Assembly (NCBI GenBank): GCA_965223505.1
Contig: CBDCWP010000013.1
Coordinates: 96,001 to 160,000, forward strand
Source of the DNA: Planctomycetota bacterium
Lineage (GTDB): Bacteria > Planctomycetota > PLA2 > JAEUHO01
Direction of reading: 5' to 3'
Length of the DNA: 64,000 nucleotides
This document shows positions 1 to 11,185 of the stretch, piece by piece. Positions within the stretch are counted from its first letter, which is position 1, and each line of letters begins with the position of its first letter. The position numbers were made by a program, and so were the translations under genes. The notes beneath the pieces are model-generated. The model was given only the letters and a program-made list of their open reading frames with translations. It was not told where the DNA came from and did not search any database.

Positions 1-2270
1 TTCCAGACTAAATCCGCGTCTTCGGGGTGTAAAAATTGAACAAATGCCTCCAACGTGCCGTCAAACGTTTCCGTGCCGAAAAGCCCATATATTTCTGGCG
101 ACCAGTAGACGGCTCCGGTGTCCAACTCCCAAGTCCAAACCCCCATGTCCGCTCCGGCAAGAGCGAGTTTTAGGCGCTCTTCACTCTCGCGCAACGCCGC
201 CTCCGCACGTTTTCGCAGACTGATGTCTGCAATGATGGCGACAAATCCGATGACATCTCCGTCCGGTCCCCATTCGGGCTCATACACCTCGTTCATCCAG
301 CATAACCCGAGTTGCTCATACGGCAGTTCGACTTCAAATTCGACGCGTTGTCCCGCCAAAACCGTTTCCATATGAGGTTGAAGCAACGCATACGCTTCGG
401 CGCCCACAATGTCGGCGACATGGCGCCCAATGACCTGCTGCGGCTCCAGCCCGAAGCGTTGCGCGTATGGGCGGTTGACAAATTTGAAATGATGAGATCG
501 GTCGCATTGTAAAAGGAAGACGGACGTATGGTCGGTCACCAGCCGCAACTGCGCCTCGCTAACCTGTAAAGCCGATTCGGCTTCGAGTTGCTCGGTGATG
601 TCGGTATTGGTGCCAAACCACTGGGCGACGCGACCCTGTTCATCGTGGATTGGAAACGCGCGAGAGAGAAACCAGCGGTAGTTGCCGTCGCGGCCGCGCA
701 ACGGAAACGTGTCTTCCCACACTTCCCCCGTTTGAAAGCAGCGGCTGATCTTCGCCACAACACGGTCGACGTGGTCCGGGTGATGCACGGCGCGCCATCC
801 CCAGCCCTGCATCTCGTTCAGAGTCGCGCCGGTATAATCGAACCAGCGCTGGTTATACCAGAAGATCCAACCCGAGGCGTCAGCCGTCCAGGCAAGTTGA
901 GCAATGTTATTGGCCAGCGTGCGGAAACGCGTTTCACTCTCCAACAAAGCCTCTTCGACCAAGCGTCGATCGTGAATGTCGATGACAGATGAGATAAAGC
1001 CAACACATGACCCGAAGGCATCAAACCGCGGCGCCCTGGAGTCGAGAACCCAGCGATAAGAGCCATCGTGGCGACGCAATCGGTATTCGAGCCGGCAGGG
1101 CGTAAGGTCTTTACTGGCTTGATGAAGGGCGGCGCGCAACGCCTCCCGATCGTCGGGATGCACCACGTCGAGCCAAGCAAAGTCCAAAGCCGTTTCAGGC
1201 CTTTGCCCCGTAAACTCGTACCAACTGCGATTAAAATAGGCGCAGCGGGCGTCGAGAAGCGCCAACCGCAACATGACGGACGCATGATCAGCCATATGGC
1301 GAAAGTGTTCTTCGCTTTCACGAATCTGATTCTCGGCCTCTTTAGTGGCGGTCACATCCCGCGAAATAGCTAAAAGCTTGATCGCCCGTCCCCTGTCATC
1401 GGTGATGGCTGTGACCTGCACATCCCACCATTTTGGCGTTCCCTTATAGGTGGGACAAAAAGCCTGGAACCGTCCGGCGTCGCCGAGCCTAGCGCGCGCG
1501 ATGGCCGCTTCGGCATCCTGCAGCGCCTCTGCCGGCCAACTATGGGGCCACGATTGCCCCGTGAGAGAGATGCAATCTTCAACCTCCATCAGCCTGCAAC
1601 CTGTTGAATTCATATAGAGCAAACGCCCATCGACATCCAGCATTTGGATGCAATCGCCACTACTGGCTAACAAGCTGTGGTTCAGATACTGTTCCGCCTC
1701 TATAACTGTTTTCTGTTGTTCAATCTCCTTTTGCATTGCAATCTCGCGGGTCAAGATATCGGCGAGGTCCGTCAATCCTGTCACCTCTTTACTCGACCAC
1801 AGGCGCGGCTGATGATCAATGGCGCACAGAACTCCGAGCGCTAACCCCTCCGACGTCCGCAATGGAACGCCTAGGTAAGACACAACGCCTAAATCAGTCA
1901 ACGTCGATGCCTGTTCCAAGAGCGGGTGTCGAGAGGCGTCCTCAATTTGTAGCGAGGTGTTGTTCGACACGACCTGCCGACAGAAAACGCGCGCCAGCGG
2001 CGTTTCTCGGCAAGCGTCCCAGGGCTCGGGCAACCCGCAGGCGCTCTTGAAGACCTGTCGCGTTTGATCCACGATCGAAATGATTGCAACGGGAACTTGG
2101 AGCAATCGGCAGGCCAAAGAGGTGATGCGATCAAACGACGCTTCTGGCAGGGCATCCAGTAAGCCCATGCAATGCAACGCGTCCAGGCGAGCCAGATCAG
2201 TACGATGCGCCGTCTTATCCGGCGACCCGGTCGAACAAACGGGCCTGTCTGTGGGCAACACGTGGGGCAT
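1..2270 (-). CDS. GAF + multi-PAS/PAC sensor protein (probably a histidine kinase), C-terminus outside window
   Basis: Manual translation from ATG at 2270 stays open to the window edge. GAF-like start (RLDALHCMGLLDALPEASFDRITSLACRLLQVP...YLGVPL) then about 5 PAS/PAC repeats (ESEEHFRHMADHAP, VHPDD, DGSYRW, GTNTDITE, MGVWTW). Absent from the ORF track because it has no stop in the window. Confidence 0.9.
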   Translation of the reverse strand, partial: MPHVLPTDRPVCSTGSPDKTAHRTDLARLDALHCMGLLDALPEASFDRITSLACRLLQVPVAIISIVDQTRQVFKSACGLPEPWDACRETPLARVFCRQVVSNNTSLQIEDASRHPLLEQASTLTDLGVVSYLGVPLRTSEGLALGVLCAIDHQPRLWSSKEVTGLTDLADILTREIAMQKEIEQQKTVIEAEQYLNHSLLASSGDCIQMLDVDGRLLYMNSTGCRLMEVEDCISLTGQSWPHSWPAEALQDAEAAIARARLGDAGRFQAFCPTYKGTPKWWDVQVTAITDDRGRAIKLLAISRDVTATKEAENQIRESEEHFRHMADHASVMLRLALLDARCAYFNRSWYEFTGQRPETALDFAWLDVVHPDDREALRAALHQASKDLTPCRLEYRLRRHDGSYRWVLDSRAPRFDAFGSCVGFISSVIDIHDRRLVEEALLESETRFRTLANNIAQLAWTADASGWIFWYNQRWFDYTGATLNEMQGWGWRAVHHPDHVDRVVAKISRCFQTGEVWEDTFPLRGRDGNYRWFLSRAFPIHDEQGRVAQWFGTNTDITEQLEAESALQVSEAQLRLVTDHTSVFLLQCDRSHHFKFVNRPYAQRFGLEPQQVIGRHVADIVGAEAYALLQPHMETVLAGQRVEFEVELPYEQLGLCWMNEVYEPEWGPDGDVIGFVAIIADISLRKRAEAALRESEERLKLALAGADMGVWTWELDTGAVYWSPEIYGLFGTETFDGTLEAFVQFLHPEDADLVW

Positions 2271-2508
2271 CTCCCCGATGGCGAAGTGAGGTCGTCCGAA
2301 AATTTTTTGACACCCATGCAGATGTTAAATATTAAGAACACAAAATAATGCTCAAATGCGCCATTTTTGTCAAGCTTTGAACAAAAACGATCGCGGAGCG
2401 CTATACTATCTTTACACCCCGACAACCCTCCCCTACAATGCCCCGACACCTTTTATCTTATCCGACTATCCGATTGTCCGATTCCGACCTCAGGAGCCGC
2501 CATACCCC

Positions 2509-3666
2509 ATGAAAATTACCCAACTCGAAACGTACTTCCTCCGGTGCCCGCTGCCGCAGCCGGTGTACACCTCGACCAACGCCATCAGCCAGGTGAGCGA
2601 GGTCATCGTCAAGCTCTCCACCGACGCCGGCCTCGTTGGCGTCGGCGAGGCGCACGGCCCGTTTTTGTTTCAGCAAGGGCCCGAGGGCCTGAACGCCGTC
2701 AGCCATATTCTGCAGCAACTCACGCCGCTGGTGGTGGGCGAGGATCCGTTCAACATCGAACGCATCTGGCAGGACATCTTCGCGCTTACCTATAAATCCG
2801 TGCGCGGCGTCCCGCCCATGGCGCGGCAGCAGCGGCAGCTCATCACCGCCCTGAGCGCCATCGACATTGCCCTGTGGGATCTGATGGGCAAGGCGGTGGA
2901 GCGGCCGGTGTACGCCCTGCTTGGCGGCGCCTTGCGGCAGCGACTGCCGGCCTATGTGACGGGCTTTTACTACCGCGACAACGAGACCCCGGATGACTTG
3001 CGCCGCGAGGCGGATATGTATCTCGAACATGGCTACCGCACCCTGAAGGCCAAGGTCGGGCGCCTGTCGCCGGAGGAGGACGCCAAGCGCGTGGGGGTCA
3101 TTCGCGACGCCGCTGGCGCAGACGTCGACCTCATGCTCGACGCCAATCAGGGCTGGGATCTGCCCACGGCCGTGCGCGCTGCGCAACTGATGGAGCCCCT
3201 CGGCATTTTCTGGCTCGAAGACCCGATGCCGTGGTTCGACGAGCGTTACACGCTGCAGCGCCTCAAAGCCGCCACCAGCATTCCCATCGCCGCCGGGGAA
3301 ACGGAGTACTCGCCCTTTGGCCTGCGCCACATAATGTCCGAGGGTCTGGTGGATTATCTCATCATCGACGGCACCTGGGCTGGCGGCCTCACCACTTGGC
3401 GCAAAGCCGCGGTGATGGCTGAAATGTACCAAATTCCCATGGCCGCGCACCACGATCCGCAAATTCACGTGCACGCCCAGGCCGCCAGCCCGACCGGCTT
3501 TATTCTGGAGTCGTTCGCCGACCCGACGCGCGATCCGCTGTGGTTCGATCTGTTCAGCGAGCGGCCAGCCATTGTCGACGGCTACATGAATCTGCCCGAG
3601 GCCCCTGGCCTGGGCATCGAACTGCGTGACGAGGCGCTAGAGAAATACGGCGTCAAGCTCACCTGA
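2509..3666 (+). CDS. Mandelate racemase/muconate lactonizing enzyme family (enolase superfamily)
   Basis: SAIDIALWDLMGK, KxK (KAK), DANQ, EDP, GE motifs; start at MKITQLE after AGGAG. Confidence 0.9.
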   Translation: MKITQLETYFLRCPLPQPVYTSTNAISQVSEVIVKLSTDAGLVGVGEAHGPFLFQQGPEGLNAVSHILQQLTPLVVGEDPFNIERIWQDIFALTYKSVRGVPPMARQQRQLITALSAIDIALWDLMGKAVERPVYALLGGALRQRLPAYVTGFYYRDNETPDDLRREADMYLEHGYRTLKAKVGRLSPEEDAKRVGVIRDAAGADVDLMLDANQGWDLPTAVRAAQLMEPLGIFWLEDPMPWFDERYTLQRLKAATSIPIAAGETEYSPFGLRHIMSEGLVDYLIIDGTWAGGLTTWRKAAVMAEMYQIPMAAHHDPQIHVHAQAASPTGFILESFADPTRDPLWFDLFSERPAIVDGYMNLPEAPGLGIELRDEALEKYGVKLT

Positions 3667-3706
3667 GGCGCTTGCAACCTACCGACGCGGAATTGGAGAC
3701 CACGCG

Positions 3707-4165
3707 ATGGAAGCCACGGCGATTTCCCACATTGCCATTTGCACCCGAGATATGGACAAAGCGCTCGCCTTTTACCGGGATATCTTGGGGATGCAAGTCA
3801 TCTTCGACGGTCAGACCAGCCCCAAGGAGGGCGGGCGGCCGCACAATTACGAACGCAGCCGCCGGAGCCGCCGGCGGGTCAGTTTGCGCTTTGCGAAAGG
3901 CGCCAAACCCACCCTGACCATTACCAGCCACCCTGGGGAAGAAATCACCGGGGAACCGCTCAAGTTGGATCAGATGGGCGTAACGCATTTTTCCTTTACT
4001 GTACCCAATGTGGAGGCCTTGATGGATGAGTTGTTAGCCAAAGGCGTGCAACTCGCAGGCCCCAGGGAAGCCTTTACCAACGCAGAGGGCCGCGTCCGCT
4101 CGTTCTATGTCTACGACCCGGACGGCATGATTATCCAGTTCGACAGTGGCCTCGACGAGGGCTAA
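3707..4165 (+). CDS. VOC/glyoxalase family protein
   Basis: SHIAICTRDMDKALAFYRDILG...HFSFTV...YVYDPDG. Confidence 0.9.
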   Translation: MEATAISHIAICTRDMDKALAFYRDILGMQVIFDGQTSPKEGGRPHNYERSRRSRRRVSLRFAKGAKPTLTITSHPGEEITGEPLKLDQMGVTHFSFTVPNVEALMDELLAKGVQLAGPREAFTNAEGRVRSFYVYDPDGMIIQFDSGLDEG

Positions 4166-4191
4166 ATAGCGACATTTGATAGGAGACCAAC

Positions 4192-4812
4192 ATGGAATTA
4201 TTCGACGTTATGTACAACTGCAGGGCTATGCGCCGGCTCAAACCCGATCCGGTGCCCGAAGAGACGCTGGTGAAACTCATCGACGCGGCGAACCAGGCGC
4301 CGAGCGGCTCCAACCGCCAGGGCGCGCGTTGGCTCATCGTGCGCGACGCCGAGCAAAAGGCGAAATTGGCGGAACTCAATCGCATCGCCGTCGAGGCATA
4401 CGCCTCGCCCTCGTCGGGACGCCCCACGTCGCTGCCGCACCAGTCGGACGAAAAACGCGCCCGCATGTTGAACGCCGTGCTCTGGCAGGCCGAGCATCTG
4501 GCTGAGATCCCCGCGCTCGTTATCGCGTGCCATCAGTTCGACGCCCCGGTGGACGACCTGGGCCGCGCCCGCGCTGGGGGGTCGGTGTGGCCGGGGGTGC
4601 AAAATCTGCTGCTCGCGGCCCGCGCCCTGGGCCTTGGCGCCGCCCCGACGACGCTCGGCTTGTCGAACCGCGAGGCCGCCAAAGCGGTGCTGGGGTTGCC
4701 CGATAACATGGAAGCCATTTGTTTGATTCCCGTCGGCTACCCGATGGGGAATTTCGGGCCGGTGACCCGCTTGCCGGTGGCCGAGACAATGCGCTGGGAT
4801 CGCTGGTCATAA
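4192..4812 (+). CDS. Nitroreductase family protein
   Basis: RAMRR, APSGSNRQ, QNLLLAARALGLG, IPVGYP; AGGAG RBS. Confidence 0.9.
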   Translation: MELFDVMYNCRAMRRLKPDPVPEETLVKLIDAANQAPSGSNRQGARWLIVRDAEQKAKLAELNRIAVEAYASPSSGRPTSLPHQSDEKRARMLNAVLWQAEHLAEIPALVIACHQFDAPVDDLGRARAGGSVWPGVQNLLLAARALGLGAAPTTLGLSNREAAKAVLGLPDNMEAICLIPVGYPMGNFGPVTRLPVAETMRWDRWS

Positions 4813-4845
4813 GCAACTGAGTGAGACGCGTGAGGAGCATGTGAG

Positions 4846-6609
4846 ATGGCAGATCAACCTGTAGGGGCATGGGGCGCGGGTGTCGGCAACCCGCCGGCGA
4901 GTTGGGACTTGGAGGCCGATGTGGTGGTGATCGGCGCGGGCGCCACGGGGTTGCCCGCCGCCGTCAAGGCCGCAGATGAGGGGGCGTCGGTGATCGTGGT
5001 CGAGGCCAATTACGACATCGGCGGTCACGCCATTTTAAGCGGCGGTAACGTGCCGCTTGGCGGCGGCACCAGTGCGCAGCGCAAGTACGGCATCGAGGAC
5101 TCGGCCGAACTCGTCTTCGCCGATTTGACGGATTGGTCAGTGGTGCAACCCAACGGCTGGCCGGATTACCGCTACAACGACCGAGACGTCATGCGCGGCT
5201 TTGCCGATTATTGCGCTGAAACCTACGAATTTCTCGTGGCCAATGGCGTGGCGTTCAAAGACATCGCCCCGGACAACGTCGGCGCGCATAGCACGGGCAA
5301 CTCCGCGCCACGCGAAAATCACGCTATCTGGACAGAGGGCGTCGGCCTCGGGAGCCCGAGCAACCGCGATGGCGCTGGCTTGGTGCGCCCGTTGGAGGCG
5401 AGCGCCCGCGCCAAGGGCGTGAGATTTCTGCTGCACCATCGCATGACCCGCTTGATTAGGGCCGAACTGGATGCGGCTTCCGGCGGCCGCGTGGCCGGCA
5501 TCACGGCGGCGTATGCGCCCCGCAGCCTGCCCGGCGACGCGGCGCCCCTGCAGGGCTATCGCCACGATGGCAACATTGATAGCACCCGGCCGCAGGTCAA
5601 CATTCGCGCCGCCAAAGCCGTGATCCTTGCGACTGGCGGCAGCAGCAGCAACGTCAATTTTCGCCGCATGTTCGATCCCCGCCTAACGGACGTCTACCAG
5701 GTGGCGGGAGAGCCCTACACCTACCAGGACGCCAGTGGCGAACTGGCGGCCATGGCCATTGGGGCGTCGCTCTGGGGTCTTGGCAATCAAATACTGGAAA
5801 ATGGCGACGGCATCCGCACGCAGCGCGCCCTCGGGGCCCGCTACAACTATTTCGCCTGGGATGTGAACTCCCCCATTTTTCCGCTCGTGCGCGCCGCCGG
5901 GCTGGAAGTCTCAGACTGGCAAAACGTCATTTTGGTGAATCAATTGGGGCAGCGGTTTTTCGACGAGACCAAGGGCGATTATCCGAATGGCAATCGCTAC
6001 GATGAGATTCGCCCCTACGAGGCTGGCGACTACCGAAACCATGACCGCGTTGAGTACCAACCCAACGCCTTCAATTTCTTTAATGCCGCCGTGGCGATGA
6101 ACGCGGCGTCCGGGCCGCCGGACTACGCGGCGGGCCCCATCTGGGCCATCTTCGACGACGCCGCCGCGGCCAGGGAGCAGTGGCAGGTCGCGCCGCCTTA
6201 TGTCGATCCAGAGGGCTATTGTTTCAGCGCATCGTCGCTGGAAGAGCTGGCGGCAGCCATTCGCAATCCGTATCAGACGCAGCCCATGTCGGGGGCGGCC
6301 TTGCAGGCGACGGTGGCGCGCTACAACAGCTTTGTCGATGCCGGCGCAGACGCCGATTTCGGCAAGCCCACGCCGCGCTATAAGATCGACACGCCGCCCT
6401 TTTACGCCGCCTGGTCCACGCCGCTCGTGCACGACACGCGCTCCGGCCTGCGCATCAACGCCAAATGCCAAGTAATGGACATGCAGGGCCAGGTCATCCC
6501 CGGCCTCTACTGCGGCGGGGAATCGGCGGGCGGTTTTAACCAGCACGGCCTGGGGCGCTGCACCGCACAGGGCTATATTGCGGGCAAATACGCGGCGCTG
6601 GAGGACTAA
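4846..6609 (+). CDS. FAD-dependent oxidoreductase, fumarate reductase/3-ketosteroid dehydrogenase flavoprotein-like (FAD_binding_2)
   Basis: DVVVIGAGATG, VILATGG, TVARYN...DADFGK, GLRINAKCQV, IPGLYCGGE. Confidence 0.85.
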   Translation: MADQPVGAWGAGVGNPPASWDLEADVVVIGAGATGLPAAVKAADEGASVIVVEANYDIGGHAILSGGNVPLGGGTSAQRKYGIEDSAELVFADLTDWSVVQPNGWPDYRYNDRDVMRGFADYCAETYEFLVANGVAFKDIAPDNVGAHSTGNSAPRENHAIWTEGVGLGSPSNRDGAGLVRPLEASARAKGVRFLLHHRMTRLIRAELDAASGGRVAGITAAYAPRSLPGDAAPLQGYRHDGNIDSTRPQVNIRAAKAVILATGGSSSNVNFRRMFDPRLTDVYQVAGEPYTYQDASGELAAMAIGASLWGLGNQILENGDGIRTQRALGARYNYFAWDVNSPIFPLVRAAGLEVSDWQNVILVNQLGQRFFDETKGDYPNGNRYDEIRPYEAGDYRNHDRVEYQPNAFNFFNAAVAMNAASGPPDYAAGPIWAIFDDAAAAREQWQVAPPYVDPEGYCFSASSLEELAAAIRNPYQTQPMSGAALQATVARYNSFVDAGADADFGKPTPRYKIDTPPFYAAWSTPLVHDTRSGLRINAKCQVMDMQGQVIPGLYCGGESAGGFNQHGLGRCTAQGYIAGKYAALED

Positions 6610-6803
6610 GGCGCAGCCAGTGCTAGACCCGCGCCGGCCACGACATGAGGTGATGACGCCTTGGACTTGGCGCGACGAGGCGTCTCTGTTACACCTGCGT
6701 CTTATGTCTAAGACACCTTCAGAGGCATACGAATAAGCAGACTTTTTGCACACCCTCGAATGGGGCGATCCTGACTAATCAACCCGCTTAAGCTGGTGAG
6801 TCT

Positions 6804-7901
6804 TCAGGGCAACATCTCTGTCAGTAACTCACCCGCATTCAAATCAAGGATTGCAGCGCAGTAGCGAGGTAAGAGAACATGGCAAAAACCTGCTTCTTCT
6901 TCTGGGCTTAGGGCTCCAGAACCAACAGAAAAGACCATTCTCCACCAGCCCTCGAATAAGGCCAATCGGTAGTCATTGAGGCAAGCATTGAACGAATAGC
7001 CCTCAACGCCATTTTCGACCAGTGTCTCATGATACATGTTTAGCCAGTCCATCTCATGCGCTCGGCGCACTTCCGGCCGCACACATTTACTCAAGAAATT
7101 AGCTATATCACTAACACCCCGCCCGAAAGTGATCAATTGCCAATCAACCACCATTTGCAAAAGATCACCGTTGGCCTCAGTAAAGAAAAAGATATTGGAA
7201 GCCTGGTAATCGTTGTGGCAAATCGTACGAGGCGCACTTTCCAGATAACTAAAGAATTTAACGAGCTGGCGACCCAGGTTCTCGCCAATTGCCAACATCG
7301 GTTTTGGCAGGTCTTGACTGACTCTTTCTAGAAAGGGCTCCCAGCGTTGTTGATAAACGCGCTGGATGTTTTCAAAGTCAACCGTACTGAAGCGCGGCAT
7401 CCAATCCATCTCATGCAATTGGGGACTTTCCCACCAACCGGCGTGAAACTGGGCAATTTGGCCAATAGCCAACGCCACTTCCGCTAAGGAACATTCTCCA
7501 AACTTGTAGCCATTACGACCACCCGACAAATCTTCAAGCAGCAGTACACTATGTCCGGTTTTGAGATCAATTGCACTATGGTAACAAGCGGGTGTTCGTA
7601 GCGAAATCTGGGACGCTAATTTCTCATAAAAGCGCACCTCACGTTCGTACATGTGAAGGCTGTGAAACCCAGCACGTTTCGCTGGGTTATTAGATGATAA
7701 TTTAGCGATGAGAGATGAAGGGGTATCTGTTTCATCAATATCATATGTCAAGCTCAGCCGAACGATTTGTCCAACGACGCCCTTCACTGCTTCTACACCC
7801 TCGGTATCACTTGTGATGATTCTTACCTTCGTGACGGGGCACGCCAAGGCTTCAGTAAGCCAGGAAGGCGTTAAATCTTGGATGTCGGTTGGAATCTTCA
7901 T
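6804..7901 (-). CDS. Phosphotransferase, APH/ecdysteroid-kinase-like
   Basis: YEREVRFY, LLLEDL, HNDYQASN catalytic loop, VVDWQ; visibly lower GC than neighbours. Confidence 0.85.
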   Translation of the reverse strand: MKIPTDIQDLTPSWLTEALACPVTKVRIITSDTEGVEAVKGVVGQIVRLSLTYDIDETDTPSSLIAKLSSNNPAKRAGFHSLHMYEREVRFYEKLASQISLRTPACYHSAIDLKTGHSVLLLEDLSGGRNGYKFGECSLAEVALAIGQIAQFHAGWWESPQLHEMDWMPRFSTVDFENIQRVYQQRWEPFLERVSQDLPKPMLAIGENLGRQLVKFFSYLESAPRTICHNDYQASNIFFFTEANGDLLQMVVDWQLITFGRGVSDIANFLSKCVRPEVRRAHEMDWLNMYHETLVENGVEGYSFNACLNDYRLALFEGWWRMVFSVGSGALSPEEEAGFCHVLLPRYCAAILDLNAGELLTEMLP

Positions 7902-8102
7902 TGATACGCCCCTCTTGTCGCCTTAAGATGTTACTTTGGTTGTGAAACTCATGCATGTCCGATGAGAGGCCATGAACATACGGACTGCCCATCTCATCCA
8001 TCGATTGGCGATTTGGCGATTTGGATGCGGCCGAGTCGTAGTCTCACCTGAGGCGGGAGACGCCCTGACGCCAGCCCTGGAGCCGGCGCCGCGGGCGCAA
8101 AG

Positions 8103-9011
8103 CTAGGCGAGCGCCGGCTCCAGGGCCAAAGACTCGCGATAATCGGGCTCAAAAATCTTCGTGGCCAGAACCTGGCAGCGCTTCATAAAACGATATTCAT
8201 CCGGACGATAGTCGGCGATGGCGCGATGGATCGTGCCAAAGTGCTCCCACAGCAAGACATCGCCCTCGGTCCAGGTGTAGCGATAGCGGAAGCGATCCTG
8301 CAGTTGGTGTTCAAACAGAAATGCCAGCGTCTCGTCGCTTTCCGACTGCGACATGCCATTAATTTTAATGGTGTAGCCCGGATTGGCGTACAGCACCTTG
8401 CGCCCCGTGATCGGATGCGTCAGACACACCGGATGGTTCACCACGGGCCGCATCTGGCGCTGCTCATCGGTGAGGGCAGGGCGGGTGCTGCCGTGGTTCT
8501 GCCGCATATTTTCCCAGAACTTTTCAAAGTCGTGCACGGCGGTGGCGTCCTGCAAGCGAGCCTTCAAATCCGCCGGCAGTTCTTCGTACGCCTGATGCAT
8601 ATTGGAAAATTCCGTGCCGCCCAGGGGGCGGCCGTCACGGCGCGGAACCCGAATGCCATACAGGACGTTGACAAAGCCCATGACGTCGCGGTACGACATG
8701 TCCGTATGCCAGTCTTGCCCGGCGTCGGGCGCGCCGATATAGGCGTCGTTTTGCTTGATATTCGACAAAATGCCCACGCCGGCGGGCTCGGCGGTTTTGC
8801 GTTTGCTGACCGAGCCTTGAATATCGCCAAAACGCTCGGAAAACGCCTTTAAATCCTCGGATTCAATTTGCTGCGCGGGGAAGCGCAACACGCCGTACTC
8901 GCCCAGCGCCATGATAATGCGCCGAAAGTCGTCATTGCTCAGCGGCTGCGACAGATCGATGCCCTCGATGGTCGCGCCAAGCGTCTCTCCAGTCGGTGTC
9001 ACGGTTAGCAT
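8103..9011 (-). CDS. TauD/TfdA family Fe(II)/2-oxoglutarate dioxygenase
   Basis: LGATIEGIDL, WHTD (HxD), HP..THP.TGRK.LY, distal H and R; start at MLTVTP. Confidence 0.9.
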   Translation of the reverse strand: MLTVTPTGETLGATIEGIDLSQPLSNDDFRRIIMALGEYGVLRFPAQQIESEDLKAFSERFGDIQGSVSKRKTAEPAGVGILSNIKQNDAYIGAPDAGQDWHTDMSYRDVMGFVNVLYGIRVPRRDGRPLGGTEFSNMHQAYEELPADLKARLQDATAVHDFEKFWENMRQNHGSTRPALTDEQRQMRPVVNHPVCLTHPITGRKVLYANPGYTIKINGMSQSESDETLAFLFEHQLQDRFRYRYTWTEGDVLLWEHFGTIHRAIADYRPDEYRFMKRCQVLATKIFEPDYRESLALEPALA

Positions 9012-9113
9012 CTCGAATTCATCCTCCAGCTCTTGAAGCATTGCCGCATGTCTCTTCATCAGGAGTTTAAACAACAGCGGGGCCCTTGTCTATAGTGTCC
9101 ATAGGGTTCAGCG

Positions 9114-9956
9114 TTATTCCGCCACCGTTGCCAGGCTCGCCGCCCACTGATCGAGTTTGGGCAACACCGCGTCAGCCGGCTCGGAATCGATGCTGATGAC
9201 GATGCGCTCAATACCAGCGTCCCGGTAGGCCGGCCATTCCGAGGCGTCGTGCTCGGCCCCAAAAGCCGTGATCGGCAACGTGCGGCCAGCGGCTTTTTCC
9301 ATCTCGCGAAACGCCGGCAGTTTATCGAGCAGGCGGTAGGTCGGACGCCGCGCGTGCGGAACCCAGCCGTCGCCGTAAGCCAGGGCGCGCCGCGCGCCGT
9401 AAGGCATGCCGCCGCCCACCAGCACGGGCGGGTGTGGGCGCTGAATCGGCTTCGGCCAGGTCATCATCGGCCCAAAATCGACGAACTGGCCATGGTATTC
9501 CGGTTTCGTCTGCGTCCAGATCGCCCGCATGGCCTCGATGCGCTCCCGCATTACCCGGTTGCGGCTGTTGAAATCCGTGCCGTGATCGGCCATTTCATCG
9601 GCGTTCCAGCCCGAGCCAATGCCGAACAAAAAGCGGCCGTTGGACACCTGGTCAATCGTCGCCACTTCCTTCGCCGTCTGAATGGGATCGCGCTGCGGCA
9701 CCAGGCAAATGCCGGTGGCGATCTTCAAGCGCGTGGTCACGGCCGCGGCCACGCCGAGCACGACGAAGGGGTCCATGACGTCATAGTATTTCTTGGGCAG
9801 ATCGCCGCCTTGCGGGAAGGCCGACTGGCGCGACAGGGGAATGTGGCTGTGCTCCGGCAGCCACAGCGATTCAAAGCCCCGCTCCTCCAACGCCAGCGCC
9901 AAATCCTTGGGCGGCATTGCGTAATCCGTGCAAAACATGGCCACGCCGACATGCAT
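9114..9956 (-). CDS. LLM-class (probably F420-dependent) oxidoreductase
   Basis: EERGFESLWLPEHSHIP, DPFV.L, SNGRFLFGIGSGWN, PKPIQRPHPPVLVGG. Confidence 0.9.
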   Translation of the reverse strand: MHVGVAMFCTDYAMPPKDLALALEERGFESLWLPEHSHIPLSRQSAFPQGGDLPKKYYDVMDPFVVLGVAAAVTTRLKIATGICLVPQRDPIQTAKEVATIDQVSNGRFLFGIGSGWNADEMADHGTDFNSRNRVMRERIEAMRAIWTQTKPEYHGQFVDFGPMMTWPKPIQRPHPPVLVGGGMPYGARRALAYGDGWVPHARRPTYRLLDKLPAFREMEKAAGRTLPITAFGAEHDASEWPAYRDAGIERIVISIDSEPADAVLPKLDQWAASLATVAE

Positions 9957-10146
9957 AGACAACACTCCCCGATGCTGATTTGCGTCCACAACGAAAACCG
10001 TCAAAGTTGACGCCATCGCACCATATAATCGCTGCGAAGTCAATGCCGATTGCGCCCAGGCGCCGCGCATCTTGACTCCGGCTGGACATCGCGAAAGAAT
10101 GGCGTCGAGAACCGATCAGCAGCCACCAGCATGAGGAGAACATGAT

Positions 10147-11071
<925 letters not shown>

Positions 11072-11118
11072 CGGGATCAGGCGTTGTGCGTCAGGTTGGC
11101 CAGTGATAACATGCGTCC

Positions 11119-11155
11119 CACATGGCTTATGGCTTGCCACATGGCCTATGGCTTG
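11119..11155 (+). repeat. Tandem direct repeat (period 19) CACATGGCYTATGGCTTG upstream of tartrate dehydrogenase; first copy contains a GG-N10-GC sigma54-like motif
   Basis: cacatggcttatggcttg at 11119-11136 and cacatggcctatggcttg at 11138-11155. Confidence 0.6.
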
Positions 11156-11185
11156 AATGTGACGCGAGATGAATAAGGACAGAAG

